Below are positions 43,243 through 56,338 of a stretch of DNA of 64,000 nt, one piece after another. A model generated the notes under the pieces. It did not search any database. It worked only from the letters and a program-made list of their open reading frames with translations, and was not told the DNA's origin. The DNA is from Octopus sinensis. Lineage: Eukaryota. The translations under genes and the position numbers were made by a program. Location of the stretch: positions 60,450,001 to 60,514,000 of the forward strand of contig NC_043005.1 in assembly GCF_006345805.1 (NCBI RefSeq). The letters are read 5' to 3'. Every line of letters begins with the position of its first letter. The first letter of the stretch is position 1.

Positions 43243-46082
43243 CTCTCAGCTTCTTCGGGAGGATATTGAAGAGCTGTGGGCCTCGGAAGCCCAGGCTATC
43301 ACAGAATCTTGTCCTACATCTTGATGGCAGGTTTGGAGTCCTAGGCACCGCGCAGTGGCGCCCAGTTCTGGCATTTGCGTAACTCTCGATGCCAAAGTTC
43401 AGGACACTTCCCTCCAGGATCTTCCAGATGTATATTATGGCATATCTTTCCCGCCTACGCTCCAGAGAATATAATTTTAATCTCTTGAGTCTTTCCCAGT
43501 AGCTTACATTCTGCATAGAGGCTATCTTCTTTGTGTAGCTTCGTTGGATCGCCTCAAGTTCTGTGATCAACTTGACACTGGATGGTGACCATAGCTGAGA
43601 TCAATAGTCAAAGTGGCTTAGGACAAGTGTCTTCCAGAGGACCATCATGGTTTTTTGTTCTCTTGTTCTAAAGGTTCTAAGAATCCATCCAGCCAGCCGT
43701 CTACATTTCATTGTCAGTTTAGCAACATGTACATGAAAGGTCGCGTCATCACTCATGTGAATACCCAGGTCACGCACTGATTGTGCCTCTGGGATTGCAA
43801 TCCCTCCGGGTCCAGTGTATTCATTGGGTATTGCATTCAGTTTTTGCATGCTGATAGTATAAAGCTTGAAACTTTCCAGCATTGAACTGCATGCTATTCT
43901 TTTCAGCCCACTTGTATATTTCGTCCAGCTCACATTGCAGGTGTTTAGTGTCCTCAGGGTTCTGTATTGCCTGTGAAACTTTTGTATCATCTGCATAACT
44001 TGTGATCGTGGCTCTCTGCGTGGCTGAGGGCATGTCTGAGAGGGCCATTATGAACAGTAGTGGTCCCAGAACAGTGCCCTGCGGAACACCGCTCACTATT
44101 TGTGTGTTAATGGAGGTGGCCCCATTGGCTACTACCACCTGACTTCTATCCTTCAGAAAGTCATGAAGCCATTCTCCCAGTTTTCCAACTATGTTGAGAT
44201 CACGCAGTTTGTGACATATCATTCCATGATCGACTTTATCAAAGGCCTTTGCAAAGTCGAGATATATCACTTCCACATTTGAGTGGTTGAGCAGCCGTTT
44301 CAGCACCCAGTCATAGTGTTGTAGGAGCTGAGTTAAACAGCTTCTCCCTGGTCGGAAACCATGTTGGGTGTCGGGCAGCAAGTCATTCTCTTCAAGGAAG
44401 GTGATCAGCTTCCTTCTGACTATTCGTTCCATGACCTTGCTGATGTGTGAGGTCAGAGAGATAGGTCTATAGTTCTTGGCTTCCGCTCTGCTACCTCCTT
44501 TATGAATGGGGCATATTTTACCTTCCTTCAGTTTTCCTGGAAGTTTGCCAGCTGCAAGGAAGCTCTGAAAGAGGAACTGCAGTGGTCTTGCTAGGACTCT
44601 CTTACATGCTTTTAGGAGGATTGCCGGGAATCCATCGGGGTCAGTAGCTGAGTCTGTTTTCATTTCATCTATAGCCTTGGTTACATCGTCTTCCTTTATA
44701 TCGATGTAATCTATCGTCGCCGCCTCTGATTTTATATCTGCAGTGGTAAAAAAGTCAGTTGGATTGGTGATTTGGAGATGCCCAAGGGGTGGAGTGAAAA
44801 CACTCTTGAATTGCTCATTCAGTATTTCACTTACCCTCATTGGTTTTCCTGTAAGTGTGCCATCCTTTTCGAGGAGTGGCCCTATTCTACAGTGCACTGT
44901 AGCTGTTTCTTTGGCATACCTGTAGAAAGCTCTGGGGTTAGATTTTATGTTTTCTATAGCCCAGGCTTCTTTGTCTGCTCTTTCTTTTTCATGGGAGAGT
45001 TGCAGACATTTTTCGATTTCCAACAGTTTTATTTTTAGGCGGGACTTTTCACTGCTTTCAATCTGTTTGTTTAGGCGATTTGAAAATTTCGTACGCCGTC
45101 TCATTAAAATTTTCCTCTCTCTGGGGATTTTGTTCTTGTGTACAGTGGCCTTTCTCTCTGGGACACATTTGTAGCATATGGCTTGCATTACAGACATGAA
45201 TTGTTGAAGTTTCACGTCGATGTCTGGCGAGGAGAGACATTTAGGCCAGTTTTGTTTGAGGATCTCTTTCTCAATTTGTTTCCAGTTTGCCTTATGGTAG
45301 TTCAAGCTGGAAAGATTTTGAGGGTTTCTTGTAGGCTGCATGTCCGTGCTCTCTTTTGGCCCGTACATGGTCAGCTCTATCATGTTGTGATCCGAGAGTA
45401 GTGTCGGTGTCACTTTCACATTATGGATGAGATCCATGTCATTTGTGAAGCAGAGATCCAGTGTGTTACCTGCCCTGGTTGGTTGGAGTATTACCTGCTC
45501 CATGTACAGGGTGCTGATGAGGTTCAGGAGGGACCTCGCCTGTCCTCGTTCACATCTTGTCATTCCTGGGAGAGAAAGGCCCTCGGGCCATCTGACATTG
45601 GGCAGATTGAAGTCTCCCATAAGAAGCACACCTATGTGTTGTTCTAATGTGGTTAGAACTTCTTCTATTTTTATAAGGCAGTCTTCAAACTTGCCCACAT
45701 GGCTTGGGGCATCTGGAGGGCGATATGTAGCACACACAACTACATCAAGTTGCCTAATATGTACAATTAGTGTGTCACACACCGAGTTTGAGTATGACAA
45801 GAGGACCTGGGGTGTGAGGTCCTCACGGATGTACATAGCAACACCTCCATGACTCCTTTCTTTCCTGTCGGTCCGTAGTACAGCATACTGTGGTATGTGT
45901 AACTCCGCATCTGCTATGTCCGGTTTCAGGTGCGTTTCTGTAAGTGCTATGCATAAGGCTTGATTGCATGCAACAAAGTCTCTCAGGAACGGGATCTTTG
46001 TCCTGTTACTGAGTGTTTGCAGTCCTCTGATGTTCAGTAGGAGTATCGAGGTGAGGTGTACGTTGTTGCCGGCGGTGTCCAT
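43243..46082 (-). pseudogene. LINE ORF2: apurinic-type endonuclease plus reverse transcriptase; one frameshift and one nonsense codon
   Basis: LLNIRGL, LTETHL, GGVAMY, YRPPD, MGDFNLP, TLDLCFTN, SDHNMI; NYRPISLTS, YLDFAKAFDKVDH, GVPQGTVLGPLLF, YADDTK; extra A in the A5 run at 43841-43845; TGA in DY*SQLWSP at 43601-43603. Confidence 0.92.
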
Positions 46083-46789
46083 CCTGTGTCTGTTTGCTGT
46101 GGTGGTCTGGTATATAGTGGGTAGTCCCACCTGCGGGCTTGGGTTTGATGAAGCCAGGTCAGCTGCTGTACAATCTTTTGTGCCATGCACAAAAAAGATT
46201 GTTGCTCAGCAGCTGCTCTTTCGACAACATCATGTTGGCTGTTTGTGGCGCGCACAACATCTGCGTACCTCCGCTTTGGGGCAGGTGGTGCGTGGTCCAT
46301 CCCTTTTCTTTGTGTTGATGGTTTGTCCATCTGCCTCGTGTCTCTGTGGCAGGGTCCCCGATGTGCAAAGCGGCAGCCTGCACCTTCCTTTCCATGCCAG
46401 CAGGAACCTCTCAGGTAGAACATACACACCCGTGTGCGCTGTTTGGTTCCATCCTTTGCGGTTCCACTTCTATTTCTGGTTGTTTCACTCTTTGTTCCTG
46501 CTTGAGCTTTTTCTTTTCCTTTAGCTCTTCCAGTCCTTTTTTTAGTTCTTCTTCCTCCCTCTACCTCTTCACCGGGTTCTCCGTCTCCATGGCCCTTGCT
46601 GCCGGTTGGAGAACTTGCACCTGGGTTCACTTCCCGGGCAGGTTTCTCATTCAAAACCTCCTCCCGGGCGTCCACCAGGTGGGGGTGACTTCTTTCATCG
46701 TCTCCATTCTTGCCATCTTTGCTCCGCTCGTTCTCAAAGATGGCATCAAGTGCGCCAATGTGCGACCGTACAAGCGCATATGAGCGCAC
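46034..46789 (-). CDS. LINE ORF1 (5'-truncated, no ATG; CCCH-type zinc finger)
   Basis: Open from the element edge (GTG); C-x7-C-x8-C-x3-H motif [22 protein letters not shown]; overlaps the ORF2 start (ATG at 46082). Confidence 0.75.
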   Translation of the reverse strand: MRSYALVRSHIGALDAIFENERSKDGKNGDDERSHPHLVDAREEVLNEKPAREVNPGASSPTGSKGHGDGEPGEEVEGGRRTKKRTGRAKGKEKAQAGTKSETTRNRSGTAKDGTKQRTRVCMFYLRGSCWHGKEGAGCRFAHRGPCHRDTRQMDKPSTQRKGMDHAPPAPKRRYADVVRATNSQHDVVERAAAEQQSFLCMAQKIVQQLTWLHQTQARRWDYPLYTRPPQQTDTGWTPPATTYTSPRYSY

Positions 46790-46790
46790 G

Positions 46791-47506
<716 letters not shown>

Positions 47507-47603
47507 CGGGAAGCTTTATGAAAATAGACAAAAGACGAAGGCAGGTGGAAAACAAACGAACAATTGTATTAGTATGGCGCTCCAGGAAATATAAATAAAA
47601 CAA

Positions 47604-47642
47604 GTCTTTAACGTTTCGAGCCTACGCTCTTCAACAGAAAGA
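47604..47642 (-). ncRNA. Degenerate minimal type I hammerhead in a repeat (47506-~47720) abutting the TA tract
   Basis: Minus: tcttt-CTGTTGA-a-GAGC(gtag)GCTC-GAAACGT-T-aaaga; A6U change; palindromic ACGT stem III. Confidence 0.55.
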
Positions 47643-49795
47643 TACACAGAGAGAAAAAAAACACAGAAAGAAGGAGAGAAAAAAATGCGTGCAGTAGCTA
47701 ACGAATCAACATAATATATATAAAATACCCTGTCTGTGTGTGCCTTCAATGCACGCTCAATTTTGTATGGCTCTTTTAGTCCCCCTCATACTTTCTTCCA
47801 TTTTTCTTTTTCTCGCCCCCATTCTCTCTCTCTCTCCCTCTCTCTTACATCTCTTGGCCTCTCTTTAACTCCCACATTTACTCCTCGTTTATCTCACTTC
47901 TACCTTTCCGTTTGTTTCTGATTTTTCTAATCCTTCAATCCCGCTGCCTCTACCTCTCTCTCCTTCCACATGACTGGTGTCCGGCCATGAGCTTTCTTTC
48001 CTGATCTGACTGCCAACTGCCAACATCTCTTATGTCTAACTCCTATGTTCCTGCCTTTAGGCTTTCACTTCATACACGCCAGCTCGATTTGATTCGTTCT
48101 CAGTCGAAAGACACGTGCTGGTATTTTCTTGTTAGTATTTGTGATTGGGTACCATGTTCGCCGTCTTTTGTCTTCGTTGCCATACACATTCGCTAGATTT
48201 CTTACAAATATATACCCTTAGATTAGACATTTTGGGGGCAACCAGATCGAAATATCTCAAGTGTAACTGCCCGAAACAGTAAGGACTTCTGGTAAACTTG
48301 ACTGATGAAAGAAAGCTATGAATGAGCCGTCTTTCCTGTCCTTCTAATTGCCAGGTAGAAACGCTCTGTCGATGACTTCGAAATATAACAATATCTGTCA
48401 GATCGACAACCGTCATCAAAAGAAAGATACAACAGTGTCAAAAGACAGCTTTACAACAATGACGCGATTACATTTGTAAAAAGAATGCCATTTATACGAC
48501 CAAAATTACGCATTGGAGGTTTCATTTTTATTCGGCGTGCGTATCTTTTTTTTTTATTTTGGTATTTTGGTCCTTATTTTTGTCTGGAGAAAGGAGCAGT
48601 GCTCGTGACATTTACCGATCCTGTAAGGAAGATGGCACCGTTAATATTCCAGGCTAACATTACAGTCCTACACCTTGGGATTTATGCTCACGGAAACATC
48701 GCTGCTGAGAATTGACGGAAATATATGACTCGCAAATTAGTGGTTCAGAGTAATTAGCTCTAGTTCAGAAAGAGGAAAATAGACGGACATGTGTTTCATG
48801 AAAGCATAAGCATCATACAGAGAAGAAATACAAGAATTGTGCTACTGGCTGGAGTGCCATCCAGTTTGGCAGAATGGTTCATTGATGTTTTTTTCTTGTA
48901 ATCCGAACCGAACCGTTTCCAGTTTATTTAGGAATGATTAGCTCTAGATAGGTGTATCATTCAGCTTCCAATGTTTCTAATATGAACGGAAAAGCCGAAA
49001 AGAAATGTTTCATTCATCCGCATAGATGGTTCTGATAAGTAGAATTGAGGCACCTGTGATGGCAGGGAGTATTAGCGTCAAAATTTTTGGCACACCAATA
49101 ATTCGGCGGTCGTAAAATCTAAGGGAGTTGTGCGGTCAGTATGTAATGTGTCGAAGGTAAAGTTAAAGTTTTGGTTCAGGTCCCCTATACTTTCACTATT
49201 CGATTAAATATTGCATTAATGGGGAATGTCAACTATCCTCAATAGCTACTAAATTTATGGTCATTAATTAATGTGAAATATTGTGAAAATTTCACACGTA
49301 CATTCTCGCTCATGCACACACGTACACACACGTACACAAACACACACACACAGAGATTCTCTCTCTCTCTCTCACACACACACGCTCACACGAGCACTAT
49401 TAGGTTGGAGATTTTCCTCATTAATACAGAGTGAAAATTGATCAGAAATTACGCTAAAATAAGGAAGTAATATATGTCATTACTAGCTCTTCTGCGATTC
49501 AAGAACATCAGAATAATGAGTTATTAAAAAATATCATTACTTTCGTCAACGAATATAAATATCTACTTAGTTTTATTAATGTTATGCGTATTAAGTAAGA
49601 TTATGCAAAATTATATATTAAAACAACAGATTAATTATAAAATATATCATCGGAAAATATATTAATCACAATCTTCCACGACATTCTCATTCTAAAATTC
49701 ATTAATAATTTGCATAATAATCATAGAAACACACACATAGCTATCCCTACGACCTAACGGAACACAAAGGCATATGAAGAGAGAGAGAGGAGAGG

Positions 49796-49844
<49 letters not shown>

Positions 49845-51385
49845 ATATATATACAATCCTATCTGCCTAAAATAATCTTGCCTGTTCTCCTTCAAATTAT
49901 ACATACATACGTCAGTCTATCCATTCATCCATGTGTGTATGTCTGTATCTCTATCTATGTACACACACACACACACACACACACCTATATATATATATGT
50001 AGGTGTGTGTGTGTGTGTACTTGGATACACATTTATGCATATACTCTATGTCAATTGCATTAGAGCAAACATAAATGAACAAACGCATAGTCATATATGC
50101 ATACATGCACTCACGAGCACGCACGCGTACACCGACACAAGTATGTATGTATGTTTGTACAAACACACACATATGTATATATATATATATATATAACGCG
50201 CATGCTATTTCTTTTGAGCCGTTGAGTAGTAAGTTCCAATGCACCTGAGTTTGATTTTCATAATTTCAGAAACTATAAAAATGTACCAGTAAAGGACGAG
50301 GGATGTGGGAAAGTACTAGAATGATCGATTGAATGCCTACCAGAAACTGTTCTCACTCTTTCTCTCTGAGTTCACATCCTGTTAATCACCAAGAAACTAT
50401 AACATGTCCGTCAGTATTTGCAATTTTTTGAAAGTATCGACAATTTCAAAAAAAAACAAAGGAACAATGCTTTCTTCGGTTCGATAAAAAAATTACCATG
50501 TCCAGCACTATCGTATAGGTATGAAGCACGGCAAACTATGGCAAAGGTCAGACTTATTAAGCCTTATGTTGGATCACTGAAAGGAAAATATATTCTTAGG
50601 TAAAACAACCTATTTTCAATATTTAGACAGCCCAACGAGGGATATGAAGTAAACCACTCGATAGTAATCTTGAAGCTTAACGACCACAACTTCAGCTACA
50701 AACTTCTTAGCCCAAATCCTTTATTAAAGGGTCAAAAATGGTGTTCCATATGTCCATTTCGAAAACTACGTCTTTTAAAAATGTAAGGGCTTCCAGAGAG
50801 AATGTTTCATTATATCAGCATAAAATTCTTACATGGAATTTAAGGATACACTACAGAATTCCTGATAAACCTCTTCTCATGTTGGTTTCTGTGTAGTGTT
50901 TGGATGTATGTATAAATGTATATACATACGCACACACACACACACATAGATATACATACATATATATATGTGTGTGCATGTGTAGATAGAGAGATGTTGA
51001 TATAAATCGATATATGTATGTATATATATGTGTGTGCGTGTGCGTATGTGTGGGCGTGCATATATATATATATATATATATCTTATATTTATTTTGTAAA
51101 AATATTATAATATATTATAAAATATTATAATAATCCAGGTTTCTCGGAGCACTAGGCCACTTGGTGTTGAATAGATATACTATTAAATTAGTATCTAATT
51201 CTCTCACCCTTATTAATTAATTATAATTATGCTGCATTTATTTCTAAATGCAGTATTTGTTTCCGTGAAAGTTTGGCGCGCTGTTAGTTGGGGCATTTGA
51301 ATTATAACGTCGGATGTAATCAATTGAACCACACGCGTATTTACGTTATGGTAAAATCTGGCGTGTGATTGAGGGATTTCATCAA

Positions 51386-51477
51386 GATAGTTTTGGCTGA
51401 CGAGCTACAAGTGGGATTTTTTTGTAAGTAAATTACATTTAATTCATTAATAGCGAAACAATTGTCCCAAAATAATC
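51386..51477 (+). ncRNA. Type I hammerhead ribozyme, copy 1 (predicted cleavage after 51466)
   Basis: gatagttttgg-CTGACGA-GCTA...TAGC-GAAAC-aatt-GTC-ccaaaataatc; canonical core. Confidence 0.88.
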
Positions 51478-51915
51478 TGTATTTTTGTTATTTTTTATTT
51501 GCCTGTCCGTGGAGCTAACAATCGTACTGACTTTCATGGGAAACATGTATTTTTGTGGTGTTGAACCTTTGGATAACTGGTGCTGAGGTGAGCCATATAG
51601 TGGACCACTCTCTTATATTTATTTGTAAAAATATTATAACATATTATAAATATTATAATAATCCAGGTTTCTCGGAGCACTAGGCCACTTGGTGTTGAAT
51701 AAGATATACTATTAAATTAGTATCTAATTCTCTCACCTTATTAATTAATTATATTATGCTGCTTTATTTCTAAATGCAGTATTTGTTTTCCGTGAAAGTT
51801 TGGCGCGCTGTTAGTTGGGGCATTTGAAATAAACGTCGGATGTAATCAATTGAACCACACGCGTGATTTATCGTTATGGTAAACATCTGGCGTGTGATTG
51901 AGTGGATTTCATCCA

Positions 51916-52008
51916 GATAGTTTTGGCTGACGAGCTACAAGTGGATTTTTTTTGTAAGTAAAATTACATTTAATTCATTAATAGCGAAACAATTGTCCCA
52001 AAATAATC
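51916..52008 (+). ncRNA. Type I hammerhead ribozyme, copy 2 (predicted cleavage after 51997)
   Basis: Same canonical core and stems. Confidence 0.88.
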
Positions 52009-52462
52009 TGTATTTTTGTTATTTTATTTGCCCTGTCCGTGTGAGCAAACAATGTAGACTTTCAGGGGAAACATGTATTTTTGGGGTTGTGAAACCTTTT
52101 GGATTAACTGGTGCTAGAGTGAGCCCTATAGTGACAATCTCTTATATTTATTTTGTTAAAAATATTATAATATATTATAAAATATTATAATAATCAGGTT
52201 TCTCGGAGCACTAGGCCACTTGGTGTTGAATAGATACTATTAAATTAGTATCTAATTCTCTCACCCTTATTAATTAATTATAATTATGCTGCATTTTTCT
52301 AATGCAGTATATTTGTTCTAAATGCAGTATTTGTTTTTCCGTGAAAGTTTTGGCGCGCTGTTAGTGGGGCATTTGAATTATAACGTCGGATGTAATCAAT
52401 TGAACCACACGCGTATTTATCGTTATGGTAAATCTGGCGTGTGATTGAGTGGATTTCATCCA

Positions 52463-52553
52463 GATAGTTTTGGCTGACGAGCTACAAGTGGATTTTTTTG
52501 TAAGTAAAATTACATTTAATTCATAATAGCGAAACAATTGTCCCAAAATAATC
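52463..52553 (+). ncRNA. Type I hammerhead ribozyme, copy 3 (predicted cleavage after 52542)
   Basis: Same canonical core and stems. Confidence 0.88.
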
Positions 52554-52917
52554 TGTATTTTTTGTTATTTTTATTTGCCCTGTCCGTGTGAGCTAACAAT
52601 CGTACTGACTTTCATGGGAAACATGTATTTTGTGGTTGAAACCTTTTGGATAAATGGTGCTAGAGTGAGCCATATAGTGACCCTCTTTATATTTATTTTG
52701 TAAAAAATTATAATATATTATAAAATATTATAATAATCCAGTTTCTCGGAGCACTAGGCCACTTTGGTGTTGAATAGATATACTATTAAATTAGTATCTA
52801 ATTCTCTCACCCTTATTAATTAATTATATATATATATATATACTCTCATGCACACGCACATACACACACGTGTGTGCACGTATTTATTCATCAATATATC
52901 CCCCTGTCTTTGCATAC

Positions 52918-53095
52918 ATACATGGCGGGCGCGATGAAATGTTCCTGGATTTAAGTGTGTCACGAAAAGTCTGGCTGGGGACCCAACCTTCCGATTTCTT
53001 TTACAGAGTTTAGGAAAACTGAATGACCGATACAATAAGTGTGTGAATCTGAGAGGGGAATATGTGGTATAAAATCATTAACTGATCGTCCTTTG
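52918..53095 (+). mobile_element. Short mariner-derived fragment (transposase C-terminus)
   Basis: WLGTQPSDFF...NDRYNKCVNLRGEYV resembles the end of mariner transposases. Confidence 0.5.
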
Positions 53096-53699
53096 TTTTC
53101 TTTTCAGCACTCATTCGTGTATGGGTGTACGTGTGTGTGTATATGTGTATGTATGTATTATGTAAAAATTGAGAGAGTGACATAGACACGTGGGGTACGT
53201 ACTTATAACAATTTATAAAGTGATAAATTGGCAGGTATAGTGCAGTCCTTGTCATTTCATTCCTTTTTTTTTTTAACGTTTTAAGATATCATAATGAAAT
53301 GAAGTCATATATTTGTATTTCCAAATTAGAATCAATCGATTATATTCCTCCCTTACAAATATACAGTCCTGCGGCAATCTTAAGGCAGGTTCTCAATCTC
53401 ACTCGACATGTAGAAGTTGTAATGAAATTGTGGGGGCATCCAAAAAATTTATTGCATTACGTTGGACGGCATTCCGTTTTAAACCCTGCAGTACTTGGTA
53501 TCCTTTTATCTCACATTGGACGACAAATTATAAAATATTGTCCATGTTAGTTTAACCGACTATAATTCTTTTGCACAAATTCTTGGCTTTAGACGGATAT
53601 GTGCAATCAATATTATCATTTGTACAAAATATATATTTGATTTTTTAATTTATTGTAAATTTAACAAAATTCTATTATTTCACATGTGATTACATCGCG

Positions 53700-53785
53700 C
53701 AGCGGAGGAGCAATGACCCAGTGGTTAGGGCAGCGGACTCTCGGTCATAGAATCGTAGTTTCGATTCCCACACCAGGCATTGTGA
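53700..53785 (+). mobile_element. Isolated tRNA-like head of SINE family C (part of a local duplication)
   Basis: ggaggagcaatgacccagtggttagggcagcgg...gtttcgattccca; the body is absent. Confidence 0.75.
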
Positions 53786-54293
53786 TATTTATTTCTATGG
53801 AAAACTGAAGTTAGTAATTGTACGTGTATATTTTTTCATTACTTGATCCGGTAGCTATAAAATGTAGGTTGTTGACTTAGATGTCGATGACAAGAAAAGT
53901 CAATAGAAAAGAAATCATTACAAATCCGAGATTAGATTTTTCCGAAAAATAAAAACGATATTCAAGAAAGGATTATGCATATAAGCTGTCAAACAACAAA
54001 CATTAAACTGGTATTGGAATAAAAATAATGCCACATAATTATAGCATTTACAAGACTTATCTAACAAATAGAAAATAAATATGAAGTCAGGTTGAAAACT
54101 ATGCAAACTATGTAGTCATTTTGTTTTGTAGCAATAAAAATTCTTATCTGCTAACTAGCAGTGGAATAATTATAGACAATATCTGCAACCCATTTGAAAT
54201 TGCGGTCATCTGTACAAAATATATATTTGATTTTTTAATTTATTGTAAATTTAACAAAATTCTATTATTTCACATGTGATTATGTTGCGCAGT

Positions 54294-54650
54294 GGAGGCG
54301 CAATGGCCCAGTGGTTAGGGCAGCGGTCTCGCGGTCATAAGATCGCAGTTTTGATTCCCACACCGGGCGTTTTGAATGTTTATTGAGCGAAAACACCTAA
54401 AGCTTCACAAAGCTCCGACAAGTGGTGGTGGTGAACTCTCCTGTATTTTTTTCACCGCAACTTTCTCTCACACTTTCTGGTGTACCTGTATTTCAAAGGG
54501 CCAGCCTTGTCACACTCTGTGTGACGCTTAATCTCTCCGAGAAGTACGTTAAGAGTACACGTATCTGTAGAATGCTCATCTACTTGCAACTTAATTTAAT
54601 GAGCAGGCTGTTCCGTTGATCGGATCAGCTGGAACCCTAGTCGTCACGAT
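54294..54650 (+). mobile_element. SINE family C, full length, tRNA-derived head
   Basis: A box tggcccagtggttagg, B-box-like ttttgattcc, body ending gagcaggctgttccgttgatcggatcagctggaaccctagtcgtc. Confidence 0.78.
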
Positions 54651-54719
54651 ATCGCGCAAATGTGCGACATAAGAACAGTAAAATTGTGGGTGCAATCAGC
54701 GATACTTTATTTTTAACTG

Positions 54720-54900
54720 AGGCGACGGGCTAACAGAGTCGTTGCCTCGCTCGGCAAAAGCTCGAGCGGCATTTCGTCTGCCTTTAAGTTCTGAGTCCAA
54801 ATTCTGCCGAGATCGACTTTATCTTTCATTTTTTTCGAGATTAATAAAATATGTACAGGTTGAGCACTGGGGTCTATGTAATCAAATTTACCCCACCCCT
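54720..54900 (+). mobile_element. Degraded SINE family B
   Basis: gcggcatttcgtctgcc...tctgagtccaaattctgccgagatcgactt...ctggggtctatgtaatc. Confidence 0.7.
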
Positions 54901-55929
54901 ACCCCACACTATTTTATTTACATCTACACAGTACGTTTCCCTTCAGATTATTTTCAACTGCACCATCAATTATCAAAGGGCTTTGAAAAAGACAGTAAAA
55001 GCCTGTAATAAAGTTAATAGGCTCTATACCGCAACTTAAACATATACGCATGTTTGTCTTCAAAATACTGTTCATATTTGCTGTGAGGAAGCTGATGCGC
55101 GGAGGAAATTGTACAAAATCCAACTAAAATCATTGCGTCTTTTCACTCGAATCACACTGCTATTACTTTACACATCGCTAATGCATGGTATGTGAAGTTC
55201 AGAAGTGAGATGTTATAACTAAAAATGGCTCTGACGAAAGTAGCATGAATTTTATAAGGTCGTTCAATTTGTCTCACTTGATCAATAGACCAGTTGAGTA
55301 AACATCTTCGTAATGTACCTATAATGACTACTGGAAGAGCTGTAAGCCAAATTTGCTCTAATAAAGGAATATGTAATGACCATTATTTTAAACCTGTTTC
55401 TAATTTATCACTCTGTATAAAAAACATCTACGGATTTATAGTATAAAATAGTGATGGACCATAACTTTGGACCCTCCCAGAAGATTACCTGAAGTTCTGT
55501 ACTAATCTAAGTAATACTGTTAGCCTAGTGTGCCAACAGAGAGTTTGTATATAACTAGTTTTTATACGTAACACGCTCTTGATAGAATGATTGATTAATA
55601 AATTACAGGAAAGATAATGTAGATTAGTTTTGAAGCTGTACTGTGTTACTGAATATTTGCGTAGATTACAAAAATGTAGAAGAAATATACCGAGGTTAAT
55701 AGTATTAAATTAAAATTTTGTATACCAATCACATCTGTAAAGTATTAAGATTTAACAAATCTGAAATTTGAAATTGGCTTGAGATCCAATTAAGACAATA
55801 TTCTATTCATTCCTCCTCTCTCTCCCCCTCTCTCTCCCTCTGTCATCCAGAGTGCTAAAGATTCTGCCAGCTCGCCACTTTTAGCCTGTTTATAATAGAA
55901 TTGTTTATTATAATCATTTCTACTGGAAG

Positions 55930-56338
55930 CACAAGTCCTCAAATTTGGGAAAATGGATTAAGCAGGTTACATCGACCCCAGTGCATAGCGGGTACTTATT
56001 TAATCGACCCCCAAAGATGGAAAGGCAAAGTGGATCTCGGTGGAATTTGAACTCAGAACGTAACGGCAGACGAAATAACGCGAAGCATTTCGCCCGGCAT
56101 GCTAACGTTTCTTTATTGCCCACAAGGAGCTAAACATAGAGGGGACAAACAAGGAAAGACAAACGTATTAAGTCGATTACATCGACCCCAGTGCGTAAAT
56201 GGTACTTAATCTATCGACCCTGAAATGATGAAAGGCAAAGTCGACCTCGGCGGAATTTGAACTCAGAACGTAATGGTAGATGAAATACGGCTACGCATTT
56301 CGCCCAGCGTGCTAACGTTTCTGCCAGCTCGCTGCCTT
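55930..56338 (-). mobile_element. Two head-to-tail SINE family B copies (~55930-56110 and ~56115-56338)
   Basis: Repeated ttacatcgaccccagtgc...ggaatttgaactcagaacgtaa...gctaacgtttct. Confidence 0.85.

Larger units (their letters stand above)
43243..46790 (-). mobile_element. CR1-group (CR1/L2/Crack-like) LINE, nearly complete but truncated at both ends
   Basis: Two overlapping ORFs with APE and RT motifs; GC-richer than the flanks; bounded by (TA)-rich tracts. Confidence 0.93.
51081..52830 (+). repeat. Tandem array (~3.3 copies, 530-545 bp unit), one hammerhead per unit: retrozyme-like
   Basis: Unit starts at 51081, 51611, ~52140 and ~52684; flanked by (TA)n on both sides; no ORF. Confidence 0.92.

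Noticed and set aside
47950-49170. Possible highly decayed non-LTR RT on the minus strand
   Set aside because: Only faint motif traces with no intact diagnostic motif; needs a tBLASTn search
53700-54365. tRNA genes at 53700 and 54294 (and heads at 28197, 9310)
   Set aside because: A/B boxes are present but the cloverleaf is incomplete and the heads continue into SINE bodies or are truncated
55231-55260. CTGACGA motif
   Set aside because: No stem II, GAAA or complementary stem I downstream
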